Source of the DNA: Octopus vulgaris
Taxonomy: Eukaryota
Assembly (NCBI GenBank): GCA_951406725.2
Contig: OX597814.1
Coordinates: forward strand, 76,818,001 to 76,882,000
Reading direction: 5' to 3'
Length of the DNA stretch: 64,000 bases
Shown here: positions 1-14,119 of the stretch, piece after piece
Position numbering within the stretch: the first letter of the stretch is position 1
Layout of the letters: every line of letters begins with the position of its first letter
The notes under the pieces: model-generated
Database searches by the model: none
What the model saw: only the letters and a program-made list of their open reading frames with translations
Told to the model about the DNA's origin: nothing
Position numbers and translations under genes: made by a program

Positions 1-304
1 TTCGTGTTCTGGTGATAACGTAGGTTTTTTGTATCTATTACATTTTAACATTTATTTAGAACCCTGCAAATTTTTCGTGCTAAATTTTCATTTTTTACTA
101 CTTTATTATTTTTTCTTAAATTGATGCTTTTATTAAAATTAATTCTAATTGTCTGGGTCAACAGTTCGTTTCCTCGGAGGATATGGAAATTCCTATTACC
201 CGTCAGAGAAACAACTCCAGCAGCTCACAACTATTTCAACAAAGACAAGGTTACCTGCTTACCAGTCGAATTCAGAGTCAACGCTCACTTATGAGAGACA
301 CTCC

Positions 305-356
<52 letters not shown>

Positions 357-362
357 CATACA

Positions 363-409
<47 letters not shown>

Positions 410-410
<1 letters not shown>

Positions 411-1597
411 GTGCGCATTATGTGGTCGGTTGAAGTGAAAATATGCACACCTATGTTAAAAGTGGTAGAAAGTTTGCATGAAAACTATTTTTTTTCCTCA
501 AATGAAACGCGTGACTTCTAAGACAAAATTCCTCATCTTATAAAATGTGGCCCCAGTACACCCGAATGAAATCTGGTTATATTAACCAAAATGTGAAAAG
601 GGGTCTAAATGGGACTGGAAGGGGATTAAGATTTAAAGGAGCGGGTGTTTAGCAATTCTCTGTTACATCAAGCTAAAAAATTTGCGCCAGCCTTTTAATC
701 GTCAATGTGTTGCCGTCCATGATGAAGAAGTTTTGAATGCTTGCCATCGTGAGTCTACTGTCGTGAGAAAGAATCACTTCAAAACTTGGTGTTTAGGGAT
801 TTTCTTTTACATCAAGTTCAAAAATTTACGCCAGCCGTTAAACTATCAAAACGTTGCTGTCCGTCGTTAAGAAATGCCACCCATGGTGACTCTACTATCC
901 TCACATTCTATCCATTCAAACTTTGGTTTCCAATATTTCATTATTTTTATTCAGCTCGCAAGTTCGTCTGTCCCTTTTAAATAATAGTGTTTTGCTGTCT
1001 GCCTTGAAGCAGACCTTTCCGTTGTAACTGCCTGATATTTATGATATTAAGTTGAGAAATATTTTATTTCTCAACTTACTCAAGATATTTTTTGTTTATA
1101 AATGGGAGAGAGATAGATAAAGATAGAGAGTAAGAGAAAGCGAGGGAGAGTCCGAGAGAAAAGAAGAGTAAGAGAGTGGGGAAAGTGAGAGAGAAAGGAG
1201 AGAGAAACAAAGAGGGAGAATCATCATCATCATCATCGTCGTTTAACGTCCGTTTTCCGTGCTAGCACGGGTTGGACAGATTGACCGGGGTCTGGGAAGC
1301 CAGGAGGCTGCACCAGGCTCCAGTCTGATCTGGCAGTGTTTCTACAGGTGGATGCCCTTCATAATGCCAACTACTGTGAGCGTAGTGGGTGCTTTTTCGT
1401 GCCGCCGGCACAGGTGCCAGAGGGGCTGGCAGCGGCCACGATCGGTTGGTGCTTTTTACGTGCCACCGGCACAGAAGCCAGTCAAGGCGACGTTGCAATC
1501 GGTCACGTTCGGATAGTGCTTTTTACGTGCTGAAATGAAGCAACATAAAGTAACAATCACACTCTTACCCGCGCGTAGAGCGGGTCACCTTCAGCTA

Positions 1598-1598
<1 letters not shown>
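410..1598 (+). mobile_element. Probable non-autonomous Helitron-like element with internal ~140-bp diverged tandem repeats
   Basis: 3' end has hairpin ACCCGC-GCGTAGA-GCGGGT (1567-1585) followed by CTAG|T (1595-1599); diverged tandem units at ~645-1010; 5' end uncertain. Confidence 0.45.
1220..1530 (-). mobile_element. SINE-like repeat with (ATC)n tail
   Basis: GC-rich island starting with (atc)n then gtttaacgtccgttttcc...ggatgcccttc; internal short duplication ggtgcttttt(a)cgtgcc; resembles a common cephalopod SINE. Confidence 0.55.
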
Positions 1599-1628
<30 letters not shown>

Positions 1629-1876
1629 TGTATATCTATAGATACATATATATATATATATATAATGTATATATATGGATGTGTATATATATATATATGT
1701 TTATATATAGATGTATATGTATACATATATATATAGCTGTATATGTATACATATATGTGTAGATGTATATATATAGATATACATGTAATATGTACACATG
1801 TATATACACATATATACATGCATACATATATACACCCATACAAACATACATCCACACACCCACACGCACATACATA

Positions 1877-2026
1877 GGTGCAGGTGTGACTGTGTGGTAA
1901 CAAAGTTCGTTCCAAAACACATGGTCCTGAGTTCAGTCCCACTGTGTGGTAACTTGGCATGTGTCTTCTGCTATAGCTTCAGACCAACCAAACCCTTGTC
2001 AGTGGACATTGTAGACAGAAACTGAA
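1877..2026 (+). mobile_element. tRNA-derived SINE, diverged 5' part
   Basis: A-box-like tgtgtggtaa and B-box-like gagttcagtccc; homologous to copies at 3616, 12019 and 35890. Confidence 0.7.
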
Positions 2027-2034
2027 ATTAATCA

Positions 2035-2091
<57 letters not shown>

Positions 2092-2386
2092 ATATGTAAG
2101 TCTATGTGTGTCTTTGTGTTTCTCCCTCATCCATAACTTACTGGTTTCACAAGAAGAAACTGATAGAATAAGTACCAGGCTTATCAAAATAAAAAAAGGC
2201 ACTAGGCAATGTCTCATATTTTTGTTTGCTCAGTCAGTTGTATCAATCAATTTATCTTTGTGTGTGTGTATATATACATACATACATACATATTGCCAGT
2301 TTAGCCAATAAAAACACACGCACTATATATTTGGTGTTACTTTGCTTCAGCGTTATTTTTTTACATTAATCTTAATCTTATTTCGG

Positions 2387-2426
2387 CCAGAGTTCTTTCG
2401 TCACACTCCTGTGACCGCATCAGTGG
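2387..2426 (-). ncRNA. Minimal type I hammerhead-like motif (A9C variant)
   Basis: cca CUGAUGC g gucac-aggagu-gugac GAAA gaac UC ugg; second copy on + at 3371-3410. Confidence 0.55.
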
Positions 2427-2641
2427 TCCTTTGCTTTCTTCTTTCTTGTTTGTGTGTCTCTCCTTACTAACCGTCAGCCATTTTGTATTTCTATTGTATG
2501 TGTCTTCATTTGCGCATGCGTATATCTCTATGTGCGTCTATGTTTAGTTAGTGTGTGTGTGAGGGAGATGCCTGTAATATTTGTATCGCTTGTTTATATA
2601 CGTTCATGTAATTTGATTTTGTTTTTGTTTATTTTATTCTA

Positions 2642-2890
2642 GAGAGGGACGTAGGGGAAACGGCACAGAGCATAGGAGAGCGGGTAAAGGAATATTGGAG
2701 AGAACTTAAGGAAGAAAAGAGCTCATCGGTTCTGTACCAACACACTGATCAGGAACACGGGGGCTCAATCAACAACATACAAGTTAAAATCTTGTTCACA
2801 CATGGAACAGACGCACAATTAGACAAATTTCGGAAGCTACACACATAATAGAAGATAAACATAGCCTGAATAGGAAACTGGAATGGAACA
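2642..2890 (+). pseudogene. PLE GIY-YIG endonuclease C-terminal fragment
   Basis: Hand translation DVGETAQSIGERVKEYW...SVLYQHTDQEHGG...(frameshift)RQISEATHIIEDKHSLNRKLEWN; not in the ORF track. Confidence 0.75.
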
Positions 2891-3102
2891 CTAGCACACA
2901 CCACAACATATGACGGTAGAGGATCCCCATAAACTGGTTACAATATAAACAAAACTGAAAACATAATAAAATGAAATACACAGATAAATACACAAATGGA
3001 AGTAAATAACTATATACATATTTTATTATTACTATTATTATTATTATACATATATACATAATAATAATAATAATGATAATAATAATAATAATAATAATAA
3101 TG

Positions 3103-3133
<31 letters not shown>

Positions 3134-3581
3134 GTGGGTGTAAACACATGAACTAAATAAAAAACAAAAACAAAAACAAAAACAAATTACACGAACGTAT
3201 ATAAACAGGCGATACAAATATTACAGGCATTTCCCCATACACACACACTAACTAAACATAGACGCACATAGAGATATAAGCATGCGCAAATGAAGACATA
3301 CAAAATAAATACAAAATGGCTGACGGTTAGTAAGGAGAGACACAGAAAGAAGAAAGAAGAAAGCAAAGGACCGCTGATGCGGTTACAGGAGTGTGACGAA
3401 AGAACTTTGGCCGAAATAAAATTAAGATTAATGTAAAATAAAATAACGCTGAAGCAAAGTAACACCAAATATATAGTGCGTGAGTTTTTATTGGCTAAAC
3501 TGGCAAAATGACCATTCCTAAATACAACAATATCTGTTTCAACACACGATTTCACATAAAAAATCTTGCAAAAGAAATATA

Positions 3582-3615
<34 letters not shown>

Positions 3616-3617
<2 letters not shown>

Positions 3618-4012
3618 CGCAGGAGTGGCTGTGTGGTAAGTAGCTTGCTAACCAGCCACATGGTTCAGGGTTCAGTCCCACTGCGTGGCATCTTGGGCAA
3701 GTGTCTTCTGCTAAAGCCCAGGGCCGACCAATGCCATGTGAGTGGATTTGGTAGACGGAAACTCGAAGAAGCCTCTCGTATATATGTATATATATATATA
3801 TATGTGTATATGTTTGTGTGTCTGTGTTTGTCCCCCTAGCATTGCTTGACAACAGATGCTGGTGTGTTTATGTTCCCGTTACTTAGCTGTTCGGCCGATA
3901 GAGACCGATAGAACAAGTACTGGGCTTACAAAGAATAAGTCACGGGGTCGATTTGGTCGACTAAAGGCGGTGCTCCAGCATGGCCGCAGTCAAAATGACT
4001 GAAACAAATAAA
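3616..4012 (+). mobile_element. Full-length tRNA-derived SINE with internal (TA)n
   Basis: ggcgcaggagtggctgtgtggtaag...ggttcagtccc...cttgggcaagtgtcttc...cagcatggccgcagtcaaatgactgaaacaa; near-identical to 12019-12422. Confidence 0.85.
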
Positions 4013-4033
4013 AGAGAGAGAGAGAGTAAAAGA

Positions 4034-4092
<59 letters not shown>

Positions 4093-4373
4093 TGGATTTT
4101 GTAGACAGGAACTGAAAAAAAATCAATCGTATATATATATGTATATATGTATGTGTATGTGTGTGTCTTTGTCTGTGTGTTTCGCCGTCATCACTGCTTC
4201 ACAACTGCTGTTCATTCATCTACATCCCTAAAACTTACTGGTTTCACAAGAATAAACTAATAGAATAAGTACCAGGCTTATCAACATAAAAAACACTATC
4301 TGTCTCATATTTTAGTTTGGCCACTCAGTTGTATCTATCAATTTATCTTTGTATGCGCGTGTGTGTGTATCTA

Positions 4374-5818
<1,445 letters not shown>

Positions 5819-6069
5819 TAATATATAAATATATATATACATATATACATATATATACGTATATATATTCATATATATATATGTATATATATATACATAT
5901 ACATATATATATATATACATATATATATAAACATATAAATATATATATATATATATATATGAATATATATATATAAAAAAACATAAAAATAAACAATTTT
6001 TTGACGGTTTTATATATATTTCAAAATTATGATGCTATGATGTTAAGTGTTTCCCTTCTTTTCTCTATC

Positions 6070-6139
<70 letters not shown>

Positions 6140-6339
6140 GCACACACACGTATTTGTATGTGTATGTGTATATGCGTATGTATATACACACTCACTCTGT
6201 ATATACATTAATCCCTATATACGTTTTTTTCCACACACTACTCACAGGAGGGCCGTGGAAGTAGAGTATGCCGGCACCTACTCAATAGGATTCCATCACA
6301 AGTAACCTCCATAAAACTTTCCGGTTGTATTCCCAACCG

Positions 6340-7310
6340 TAGCCAACAATCTCGTTTTCTTCTGACTGACACCTCTTCTATTCATAAGCGTTGGGTAGAA
6401 CATTTTTCCGCACTTTTCAATAGACGGCATCCGTTGTTGTTTGTAACCCCACTAAAATTTTTGTTAAGGGAAAGTTACTTGAGCTTGTCGATTCGTTCGT
6501 CTGCCTTGGAAGCTCTATTCAAAATGATGGAAATTTTGATACAGAAATACAGCTGCGAATTCAAAGAGCAGCAAAAGTTGACATGAGGATGATATAAAAA
6601 AATTGAACACCTTCCAGTTATAGAAGAGATGGCATTTGAAGCATCTGTAAATGACATTTCTTTAGCTGTGAATAAGCTGAATAACAATAAATCTCCAGGA
6701 TCTGATGGAATCTGTGCAGAAGTCTAGAAATATGGGGGTGACAAAATGTTTGAACTCTTAAATATATTAATTTGTCACTGTTCGAGAACTGAGAAAGTGC
6801 CTCAAGATTGGATTGATGCCGTTTTAGCCTCCTTGTATAAATCAGGGCCTAAGGATCTGTGTAGTAATTTTCGTGGGATTTCACTTTTCTCTGTGGTTGG
6901 AAAGGTACTTACCCGCGTTTTGTTACAACGTTTAAATACCTTCATAGTTTCAAATATAGTGTTTAAGTCTCAGTGTGGTTTTCGTTTCTCCAGGGACACA
7001 GCTGATTGTATCTTTACTGTCAGACAAATACAAGAAAAGTGCATCAAACAGAATCTTGCTCTATACCATTGCTTTGTTGATTTGAGCAAAGCATTCGATA
7101 CTGTTAATCGAAATACTCTGTAGATAATTCTGAGGAAAATATGTTGCCCAGAAAAATTTGTAAACATGATCAGGGATTTGCATCAAGATATGAAAACTAG
7201 AGTTAACTTCGGCCCTCTGAATCTTTTGCTGTGGAAAATAGAGTAAAGCAAGGAAACCTTTAAGCACCCACCCTCCTTGCAATATATTTTGCGGTTGTTC
7301 TTGTTTTAAC
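6340..7310 (+). mobile_element. RTE-clade LINE, degraded RT region
   Basis: RWVEHF, KSPGSDGI, NFRGISLFSVVGKV, QCGFR, FVDLSKAFDTVNR motifs; stops and frameshifts. Confidence 0.85.
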
Positions 7311-7544
7311 CCTACATCTTCTGCCAGTTGCCTCGGTTTCACCAATCCGTCTTGCGATTATTTCATGTTAAATTCTAATCACATACCTGCAGTAGCATAA
7401 CTGTGGTCTCTCAATGTGCACAAATAGCAACTCGACCTAGAAAGAGTATCTGATCTTCGATTTATGCACCCTATCGAGTAATATTAATCCAGAGAGTTTT
7501 CGTAGGAAACTCCATTTTAACGACTTGCAATCAGGATTATAATC

Positions 7545-7765
7545 TTTCTATCATTACTCAACATACATAACCATAGGTGTTGAAAGCGTGGAAACCAAAT
7601 TACAGATGGTGAGTTTGGTTTTTTCCTCAATGATGTCTCTTTTAAGGATCAAATAATGGAGCTGTCGCATTACTGTGCCAACACCTGCAACTTCACTCTG
7701 CAGTTCTGCTTCCTGATTGCCATCGCTCGTGAATACGGCTGCGTGATACTTAAACCACTTCACCT
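7545..7765 (-). mobile_element. RTE-like LINE fragment (post-RT region)
   Basis: FKYHAAVFTSDGNQEAELQSEV...MRQLH resembles RTE FKYLG..FTSDG. Confidence 0.6.
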
Positions 7766-8725
7766 ATCTCTTCAGCACTTATTCTTTCTTTAAATATTAT
7801 TGAAAAATTTCTTGATTTTCTTGAAGATCACACAAATACAGTTGGTGTTTTCTTTTATATAATTCAATAAGTTAGTGGGAATTGTATGATGTTATTTACT
7901 GTAGATTTTCAACCAGCTGAAGTGTCTGCAAGCATGTTAATTATATTGAGATTATGACTTTCCCTAGACACAACAGAACTTAATATAAAACATATTCAAC
8001 AAACGGGAGTAAAATTTTCACAAGCTCCTTGTGTTTACGTACGTTTGATTGTGCAATATTCTCTTAACATCTGTGAATACGAAATGAAATGCTTTATTGA
8101 ATATGACAGGAAATGTACTGGAAATATTGTTTTCCAAGGTTGAATTATATTTGACCTTAGTCTAGAGATCCTGTATGAGTCACAAACTATTTCGATTTCA
8201 GTTGCTGAGAGACACTAATTTTGAACTAAGTAATACTTATGTTAAACAATTGAAGCTAGAAATGAAATTTTGTACATGGATATTTTTTGTTTTTGTTTTG
8301 TTTTACTTAAATTACTCCACCTGCCTCTTCAGCACTTATTCTTTCTTTAAATATTATTGAAAAATTTCTTGGTTTCTTTTGAATGTCACACAATTATAAT
8401 TGCTATTTCTTTATAAGTTGATATATGATTCAATGAGGCATTGGGAAGTATATGATACTATTTATAGTTGATCCACGAGAATTAAATCAACTAGGTTCTC
8501 AAGTATGTTTTATTAAGAAGGGAAACTATTGTAAAGTATTTTCAAGAAAAGGGAATAAAATATTCACAAGCTGTTTATGTCCACATAGGTTTGATTGCGC
8601 AGTTTTCTCCCAACTTTTGCAAATATGAAATGAAATGCTTTATTGAATATGACATGAAATCTACTGGAAATATTGTTTTTCAAGGTTGAATTATATTTGA
8701 CCTTAGTCAAGAGATCCTGTATAAA
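7766..8725. repeat. Two diverged tandem copies of an unclassified AT-rich repeat (third copy ~17735-18080)
   Basis: Shared ctcttcagcacttattctttctttaaatattattgaaaaatttcttg and gaaatgctttattgaatatgaca..aaat.tactggaaatattgtttt..aaggttgaatt. Confidence 0.65.
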
Positions 8726-9472
8726 TATTTTCGTATGGTTCTTCACTAATCAATTATTATACTAAGCAAACGATTTCGGTATGAAATTTTGCTTCCTGAA
8801 AAGAATTTTTCGAGGAAATAATTTAGAAATAATTTAGGACAACTTACACCGACTACGTCCAACCTATTATACCAATCATACTAATATAAACCTTATCATA
8901 TTAATATAAAGCTTTATAAATCTGCTACATCGACATAGACCACTACTAATCGAATCTAGAACGCCAATAGACACTACACTACCATAACAAAACAATCTAC
9001 TAAGTAACCATACTAGCATCAACCAACTCTATTCTTCTATATAAATACAGACAACCATCAGATTACCATTTAAAAATAGATCATAACCATCTTCTCAACT
9101 ATTTAAAATAAATCACCAATAATCTCAACTTTGAGAAAATTCAATGGGCGAGAGTGGCTACACCTCAACGTATGTGAGATCGAGAATCTCGTATGGGGTG
9201 ACCGGATGGACGGAACGGTCATTATCTTTGGTCAGTCATTAAATAAGTCTACCTGATTCAAGCATCATGTGATGCGGTCTCTATCAATAGCGACGTAAAA
9301 CACGATGGTTACGAAGGAAATTATGAGATGTCAATGCAGCCAACACATACTGACGTATTTGAAGTCGAATGTTTATACGATTATTATATGACCACTGGCT
9401 GCATATAGGACCGAATGCTGGCCATTGACAAATGCCAACTTGTCGTATGTCTGTATGTTTACCTCTGCGTGT

Positions 9473-9543
<71 letters not shown>

Positions 9544-10013
9544 TATGTATAGTGATGGAAGCATTATTAATACCAAAAGGTACTCTTTATATCCAACTGA
9601 ACATGAATATCTTGTTAGAATAATTAATTTTAAATAAGCCTGTTGGGCTATTTACGACATCATTATTTGAAAAGATGCTTCATTGTAGCAGTGAGATCTG
9701 ACTAGCATGTGGTGACTGGACACGTCCGACTGATGATTTCCAATAGAATGAAATCACAAGATATGGGAATTCTGCCACTCATGACAGAAGATTCTTATCT
9801 GCTACGATCTATGTGTGTTCTTATATGCACCAGGCGCCTATATAAGAGGATCTGTCAAGGTTGATATCACAGTCTTCAGTATTATAGAAAGACCTCCATG
9901 TTAAGTTGGATATAAAAATTACCTCTTGATATATGCATGCATACATACAAACACACACACGCATCAACACACACACATACAAACACACACATACACACAC
10001 ACATATGCACACC

Positions 10014-10058
<45 letters not shown>

Positions 10059-10102
10059 TTTTTTTTCTCTCCTTGTTTCTCTCCGTGATTCTTTTCTGTG
10101 TA

Positions 10103-10140
10103 TCTTTCTGTTGAAGAGCGTAGGCTCGAAACGTAAAAGA
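10103..10140 (+). ncRNA. Degenerate minimal hammerhead in a PLE terminal-repeat fragment (~10060-10240)
   Basis: ucuuu CUGUUGA a gagc-guag-gcuc GAAA cg UA aaaga; A6 mutated; same family as 31365-31399. Confidence 0.55.
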
Positions 10141-10236
10141 CTTGTTTTATTCATATTCCTGAGCGCCATACTAATAAAATTGTTTGTTTGTATTCCACCT
10201 GCCTTCGTCTTTTGTTTATTTTCATAAACCTTCCCG

Positions 10237-10288
<52 letters not shown>

Positions 10289-11024
10289 GTCTGGGGAGAG
10301 TCATTCTCTTTTGGTGCCTTATTATATAACACACTCGCCGTTTCAATTTCCACTCATTTAGTTATTTATTTTTTCAAAAATATTCATTGCATTTTGCAAC
10401 TTTTTCAATTCGGTCCTATAGACATCCTATTTTTATATAGATAGTTCTTCTCAGTTATCTAAAAGAATTTCTAATCATTACTCTACATTTAGCGATAGGA
10501 ATAAATGTAACAGTACAGGGCTTAGTAAATTAATTTGGTATCTAAAAGACCATAATAAACAATTTAATTTAGATTGGCTATTTTTCTCCTTTTCGTTCCC
10601 TTATGATAAAGGCATGAAATTCTGTCTCCTCCGTAATTGTAATCCATTTTTTATTCTTTTTTCTGAAAGTCCTTTTGTAAACACGGTTATAGAGCGTGCT
10701 TACCGATGTAAACATTAGAAGAAACACCCCTTTAATTCATATAAGTGATATCTACCATTATATATAATTTAAACATTGATTTTCTTCTTACATTTCACTT
10801 CCACTAGATATATATTTAGGGTTTTATTTAATTTGCAAATCTTTCTATACTACTCATTTATTTGGTTTCTGATTTTTTCTTTCCTTTACCCATCCTCTTT
10901 CTATAGGCTACCTTTGACGTTATATTTTCTACCGTTTTTAAAAAAAAAAACTAATAGCGCTCAGTTCATCACTATACATATCCATATTCTGTTAAAATGT
11001 CTTATTGACGAGTTTTATTTCTTC

Positions 11025-11113
11025 ATTTCCCTGAGGAAAAGATTAGATTGTTTCACACCATATTATTCCTTTGGAATAATACCAATAACATCTTCGAAAT
11101 ATGTGTCGGAAGT
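11025..11113 (+). ncRNA. Type I hammerhead with long stem II, degenerate stem III
   Basis: auuucc CUGAGGA aaaga...ucuuc GAAA uaugug UC ggaagu; stem III looks like a decayed cacgug palindrome. Confidence 0.55.
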
Positions 11114-11147
11114 AAAAGAATTTGAATAATACCTGCGTTTAAATCCG

Positions 11148-11201
<54 letters not shown>

Positions 11202-11287
11202 TAGGTATGTATGTATATATATTTATATATAGATTTCAAACATGTTCGTTGCATCTTGCAACCTTTTCAATAGTCGTTGACTCTATC

Positions 11288-11341
<54 letters not shown>

Positions 11342-11371
11342 TGTGTGTATGTGTATGTGTGTGTGTATAGA

Positions 11372-11768
11372 TTAGAGAAGAACCACCATGTAGCAATTCA
11401 ACAATGATAAAACAATGATATAATTAAATCATAGCATATAGACAAATTGTTTTTAAAAATTAAATATACGATAAAACATATACCAATAATTAAGTAATTA
11501 ATTATTAATTAGTAATTAATTATTTATTTATTTTACCAGTTATACGCTATTTATTTATTATTTTGTACTTAATTATTGGTATATGCCTTATGGTATGTTT
11601 AATTTCTATATGGTATGATTTTATCATATCATTGTTATATCATTGTTGAATTGCTACATGGTGCTTCTTCTCTAAATTATATACATATATTATATATTGT
11701 GAAATTTGATTTAGTATTACTAAATTGAATTTTTCCCTGTAATTTTGGAATACTATTCCCTAACATTA
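11372..11768. repeat. Fold-back repeat with PLE-type terminal tail
   Basis: ~11372-11496 inverted at ~11566-11674, followed by tail aatttttccctgtaattttggaatactattcccta. Confidence 0.6.
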
Positions 11769-11783
11769 TAGATATATATATAT

Positions 11784-12179
11784 ACAACACTCGCCAACCA
11801 CATACATCATCTCAAAAATACAAATATACCCTATACTCTATCATGGTCCATTCTGGACTCAGGGCTTCCCTGCCGAGGTCAACGCTCTACCTGCAAATTT
11901 TGCCTGAAGGAGGCACTTCACATATTAAAACACAACTGTCCAGCACTGCTAAATAAACGTAATGAGATTCTAAGCACATGCAACCACCGCTTCTTTCACT
12001 CATTCAAATTCTAACACAAAGGAGTGGCTGTGTGGTAAGTAGCTTGCTAACCAACCACACGGTTCCGGGTTCAGTCCCACTGAGTGACATCTTGGGCAAA
12101 TGTCTTCTGCTATAGCCCCGGGCCGACCAATGCCTTGCGAGTGGATTTGGTAGACGGAAACTGAAAGAAGCCTCTCGTA

Positions 12180-12226
<47 letters not shown>

Positions 12227-13625
12227 GTCTGTGTTTGTCCCCCTAGCATTGCTTGACAACCGATGCTGGTGTGTTTATGTCCCCGTCACTTACGGTTCGG
12301 CAAAAGAGACCAATAGAATAAGTACTGGGCTTACAAAGAATAAGTCCCGGGGTCGATTTGGTCGACTAAAGGCGGTGCTCCAGCATGGCCGCAGTCAAAT
12401 GACTGAAACAAGTAAAAGAGTAAATACAAATGCCTAAACGACCATACAGTATATTTCCAAAATACCCCTTAGGTAACCCCAATAACCTTATAAATCTACA
12501 TTTTAACTCCTAATCCCTATCTTATTCCTCACTCATACTCGAATATCACAACCATCTAATTATATTCGCATGTATATGCGTGCTTGAATAAGTGCATGTA
12601 TATGTATGTGTGTGTATGCGTGTATGTAATATGTGTGTATGTGTGAATGTATGTATGCAAGGTATATATACCTGCGTGTACAGGGGCGATAATACATACA
12701 GATACACGTATATATAGGTGTGCATGTGTACATTTACATATGAGTACGAGTTGTATATGTAGATATTGATATGTATAAACATCTACATAAATATATATAT
12801 ATACATGTCTAATATATACATATGTATACATCTTCACATATGCATTTTCTTCTACTACTAAGCACTGACCTGTCCAACCACCTAATCTATATTCCTAAAT
12901 TATTAATTCCATACTACTACCCTCTCTCTCCCCATCACCTACACTATATCACTACATAACTGACAGTCCTTTACTTTTTATACCTCTCTCTATCACCTCC
13001 ATTCCGTCTATCTTTTTACATTCTAATACATTTCTCTCTCTATCACCTTCATCTCCCCATTCCTACTTTCGAATTATCTTGACTGACCACTAACTGGTAC
13101 AATTTCCCTTATTATCTCTCTCCTTATTTTTCTTTTTGATTTTTTTCTTTCTTTTTTTATTCCTCTCTTCCTGTTTATTTCTTCTTTTTTTCTTCGCTTT
13201 TTCTCTTTTTCTCTTTTTTTCTTTTCCTCATTCCTCACTTCCCGTTTTCGATTTGACCTTACAAATACATTCCCTACTTTTAGATCATTTTAAATAAAAC
13301 CCCTGATTCAATAGCACTGTGTACAAACACTATACTTGGAATGACCAATTTTAAATATTATTGGATTTTACTCATAAAGTATTGAAATCTTATATGTACA
13401 CCATTCTGTCTAAATAATAGATATACAAATTCAATATCACTGCATATCTCACATCTATATCCATTCCTCTACTTCACTATCTATTTCGTATCTTATTTAA
13501 ATTAAGTATTTCTTAAACATTTTCTCACACCATCTTCGATGAAGGGATATAATAAATATACTGGAAACAGCTGTAAGGCCTTCTATTTATAAATGTTCTA
13601 AAATCCTCACAGCCTTGGTTTTTAT
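11784..13625 (+). mobile_element. 5'-truncated Naiad-type Penelope-like element (EN C-terminus, 3' region, HHR-like motif)
   Basis: 11784-12014 translates TTLANHIHHLKNTNIPYTLSWSIL...CKFCLKEALHIL...LLNKRNEILSTCNHR; HHR-like ucu UCGAUGA...GAAA cagcug UA agg at 13533-13578; SINE inserted just after the stop. Confidence 0.7.
12019..12422 (+). mobile_element. tRNA-derived SINE
   Basis: Near-identical to 3616-4012. Confidence 0.85.
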
Positions 13626-13647
13626 CTCATCCTCAAAAGCTTTTTTT

Positions 13648-13685
<38 letters not shown>

Positions 13686-14030
13686 TAAGGACAGATAAGG
13701 AAATGATTTTATTCTCAAACACAGGTTTATTCTAATAATATAGCCTGAACAGGATAAACTATATATATTTTGCAGAAAAATCTGTCGGAGGTAGATTGTT
13801 TGTTGACTTTCAACGCGAGTTGAATTTAACATATGTGTGTGTGTGTTTGTGAGTGTGTGTGTGTGTGTGTGTGTGTACACTATATATACGCATATATAAA
13901 TATATACATGCACATATATTCATACATATGTATATATTACATACATTCACACATGTATACAAATACATCTATCTATGCATATATTTATACACACACACAC
14001 ATACATACATACACACGTATATTTACATAC

Positions 14031-14081
<51 letters not shown>

Positions 14082-14119
14082 ATACATGATTGAAGTCGAG
14101 TCTTGACCGAATAAGACCA

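Larger units (their letters stand above)
2292..3510 (+). mobile_element. 5'-truncated Penelope-like element with inverted pseudo-LTR copy
   Basis: ~2292-2630 is an inverted copy of ~3175-3510; the two arms flank a GIY-YIG coding fragment; each arm carries an HHR-like motif. Confidence 0.75.

Noticed and set aside
3616-3690. tRNA gene
   Set aside because: A/B boxes belong to SINE heads; no complete cloverleaf
9140-9900. Unique-looking moderate-GC sequence as possible exons
   Set aside because: No sustained ORF, recognisable motif or paired splice sites found
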